From: Phenylobacterium sp.
Lineage (GTDB): Bacteria; Pseudomonadota; Alphaproteobacteria; Caulobacterales; Caulobacteraceae
Length of the DNA: 64,000 bases
Direction of reading: 5' to 3'
Assembly: GCF_035276905.1 (NCBI RefSeq)
Contig: NZ_DATELG010000107.1
Coordinates: forward strand, 290 to 64,289
Shown here: piece by piece, positions 62,458-64,000 of the stretch
Numbering within the stretch: position 1 is the first letter of the stretch
Layout of the letters: each line of letters begins with the position of its first letter
Notes under the pieces: generated by a model
The model's database searches: none
Told to the model about the DNA's origin: nothing
What the model saw: the letters and a program-made list of their open reading frames with translations, nothing else
Position numbers and translations under genes: made by a program

Positions 62458-63948
62458 TCAACTCGCCAGGTTGAGGCACTGCAGATCCTGGTAGATCCGG
62501 ACGCCCTCGACCCCGCGCTCCCGGCCGATCCCGCTCTGCTTACGGCCCCCGGACGAGGCGTAGGCGCTCGCGAAGCCGGTGTTCACGTTCACCGTGCCAG
62601 AGCGGATGCGGCCGGCGACCGCAAGCGCCTGCCGGACGTCCTTGCCGTAGACGTAGCCCGACAGCCCGAACGCCGAGTCATTCGCCATCTGCACGGCGTG
62701 GTCGACGTCGCGGTAGCCGATGACGCAGATCACCGGCCCGAAGATCTCGTCCTGAGCGGCCGGGTTGCTGTTGTCCGGAACGTCGAGGATCGTCGGCGCG
62801 AAGTAGAAACCGGGTCGGTCGATACGCCGGCCGCCCGCCACGATCTTGGCGCCGGCGGCCACTGCCAGCTCGACATAGCGCGCGCAGCGCTCAAGCTGAG
62901 CCTGGCTGATCACCGGGCTCATGGTCGTGCTTGGGTCATGGGGGTCACCGGCGCGCAGGGCCGCCAGGCTCGCCTTCATCGCCTCCATGACCTTCGGCTT
63001 GTCTGCTTGCGGCACGAAGATGCGCGTTCCCAGCACGCAGCCTTGGCCCGCATGGGCCATGCAGACGCCAAGCGCCGCGTGTGCGGCCGCCTCGACCCGA
63101 TCGGGAAGGAAGATCTGAGCCGACTTTCCGCCCAGCTCCAGCTGCAAGCGCTTCATGGTCGGCGCCGCCTGCGCCATCACCTTCTTGCCGACGTCAGTCG
63201 AGCCGGTGAAGGCGACCATGTCCACCGCCGGATCGGTCGTCAGCAGGAGGGCGCCCTCGGCGCCCGTCTCGGCGAGAATGCTCAGCACGCCGGGAGGGAG
63301 CTGCGCCTCCAAGGCCGCCTCCGCAAGGGCCAGAGCGCTCAGCGGCGTCAGCGGACTGGGCCGCAGAATGGCGCAGTTGCCCGTCGCCAGCGCCGGCATG
63401 ATCTTCCAGAGGCCGATGTTGAGCGGAAAGTTGTAAGCCGCGATCCCCGCGACCACCCCCACCGGCACGTACCGCCGCAGGCTCTGGACCAGCCCCTGCC
63501 CCACGACCCGCTCCTCCAGCGGAAGCGGGTTCTCCTCCAGCTCCGGCAGCTTCAGATAGAGGTCGAGCATGCCCCTCATCTGCCGCAGCGGCGAGCGAAC
63601 CTGGGCCTCCAGCACCACGGACCCCGCGGGGCAGCCGGTCTCGGCGACGATGAGCGCTTCGAGCTCGTCGGCGCGCGCCTCCAGGGCCGAGACGAACCGC
63701 TGCAGGACCGAGACCCGCTCGTGCGGGCGCAGCCCGGCCCACAGGCCGCCGTCGAAGGCGCGCCGGGCGTCGGCGATCGCCTGGCGAAACTGATCGAGCG
63801 ACGCGCCGGGAAAGGTTGCGACCGGCGAGCCTGTCGCCGGGCTGACGACGGTGAGGTCGGCCCCGCGGCCTCGCGTCAGGCGGCCGCCCACCAGCATGTC
63901 CCGATGCCGCGCGACCTGCACGTCAAGCTTTTTTGCGGCGGCGCTCAT
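62458..63948 (-). CDS. NAD(P)-dependent aldehyde dehydrogenase
   Basis: 496 aa with a GAGGAG RBS. Patterns: AAYNFPLNI, FTGSTDVGKKV, ELGGKSAQIFLPD, GQGCVLGTRIFV and EIFGPV. Confidence 0.9.
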   Translation of the reverse strand: MSAAAKKLDVQVARHRDMLVGGRLTRGRGADLTVVSPATGSPVATFPGASLDQFRQAIADARRAFDGGLWAGLRPHERVSVLQRFVSALEARADELEALIVAETGCPAGSVVLEAQVRSPLRQMRGMLDLYLKLPELEENPLPLEERVVGQGLVQSLRRYVPVGVVAGIAAYNFPLNIGLWKIMPALATGNCAILRPSPLTPLSALALAEAALEAQLPPGVLSILAETGAEGALLLTTDPAVDMVAFTGSTDVGKKVMAQAAPTMKRLQLELGGKSAQIFLPDRVEAAAHAALGVCMAHAGQGCVLGTRIFVPQADKPKVMEAMKASLAALRAGDPHDPSTTMSPVISQAQLERCARYVELAVAAGAKIVAGGRRIDRPGFYFAPTILDVPDNSNPAAQDEIFGPVICVIGYRDVDHAVQMANDSAFGLSGYVYGKDVRQALAVAGRIRSGTVNVNTGFASAYASSGGRKQSGIGRERGVEGVRIYQDLQCLNLAS

Positions 63949-64000
63949 GCCTTCTCCTCAAATCCGGCTTTCGTCGCCCGAACTGGTTACTCTCCGCCGG

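Noticed and set aside
1-64000. Apparent enrichment of the hexamer ATAGGC in spacers (for example at 16562, 32137, 32183, 34233, 43408, 53672, 61449, 61493)
   Set aside because: A rough composition-based estimate predicts about ten copies per strand in 64 kb, so the hexamer alone is not significant. I did not scan coding regions exhaustively. Only the exact 11-mer ATAGGCTGACA is reported as a finding.
1-64000. Mobile genetic element or genomic-island boundaries, tRNA or rRNA genes
   Set aside because: I recognised no transposase, integrase, recombinase, phage, conjugation or tRNA-like sequence on either strand, and I saw no abrupt compositional break.

Overview
GC-rich (about two-thirds G+C by eye, not computed) bacterial DNA that is almost fully coding. 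I call 51 CDS. I recognise no rRNA, tRNA, CRISPR array, transposase, integrase or phage gene. All family calls come from reading the supplied translations for known motifs, not from database searches.

The window is one dense catabolic island arranged as many short operons on alternating strands.
- Oxygenases and oxidoreductases: 2 Rieske oxygenase alpha subunits, 1 Baeyer-Villiger monooxygenase (BVMO), 2 luciferase-like (LLM) flavin enzymes, 1 ABM monooxygenase, 2 GMC flavoproteins, and 2 paralogous KstD-like (3-ketosteroid dehydrogenase family) FAD dehydrogenases.
- A complete CoA-dependent beta-oxidation-like toolkit: 1 acyl-CoA ligase, 2 family III CoA-transferases, an overlapping acyl-CoA dehydrogenase pair, 4 crotonases and 1 thiolase.
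- 4 aldehyde dehydrogenases and 4 SDRs.
- 3 NTF2/SnoaL-fold proteins.
- Many hydrolases: 3 alpha/beta hydrolases, 2 SMP-30 lactonase-like proteins, 3 amidohydrolase-2 proteins and 1 D-aminoacylase-like protein.
- 2 VOC-fold proteins, MmgE/PrpD, a split AtuA (DUF1446) pair, and a class II aldolase with a D-2-hydroxyacid dehydrogenase.
- An uptake module (TonB-dependent receptor plus MFS transporter) and three regulators (2 IclR, 1 TetR).

My best reading is a non-canonical alicyclic degradation cluster (steroid, bile-acid or cyclic-terpenoid-like substrate). This is inference only.

The most unusual coding feature is a fused E1 alpha-beta TPP enzyme. It is followed by a free-standing 76-aa lipoyl-domain protein whose modification motif is atypical (GKA, not DKA). 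No E2 core or E3 is present in the window.

The non-coding DNA carries several recurrent elements:
- a 103-bp two-hairpin repeat in two inverted copies, with compensatory stem changes;
- an array of three long hairpins;
- an exact AT-rich 13-mer (GATATTCAAATCG) shared by two promoter regions, with 9-mer cores elsewhere;
- 8-bp-phased ACGTAA arrays;
- an 11-mer shared upstream of both KstD-like paralogs;
- an exact 11-mer (ATAGGCTGACA) upstream of two oxygenase genes.
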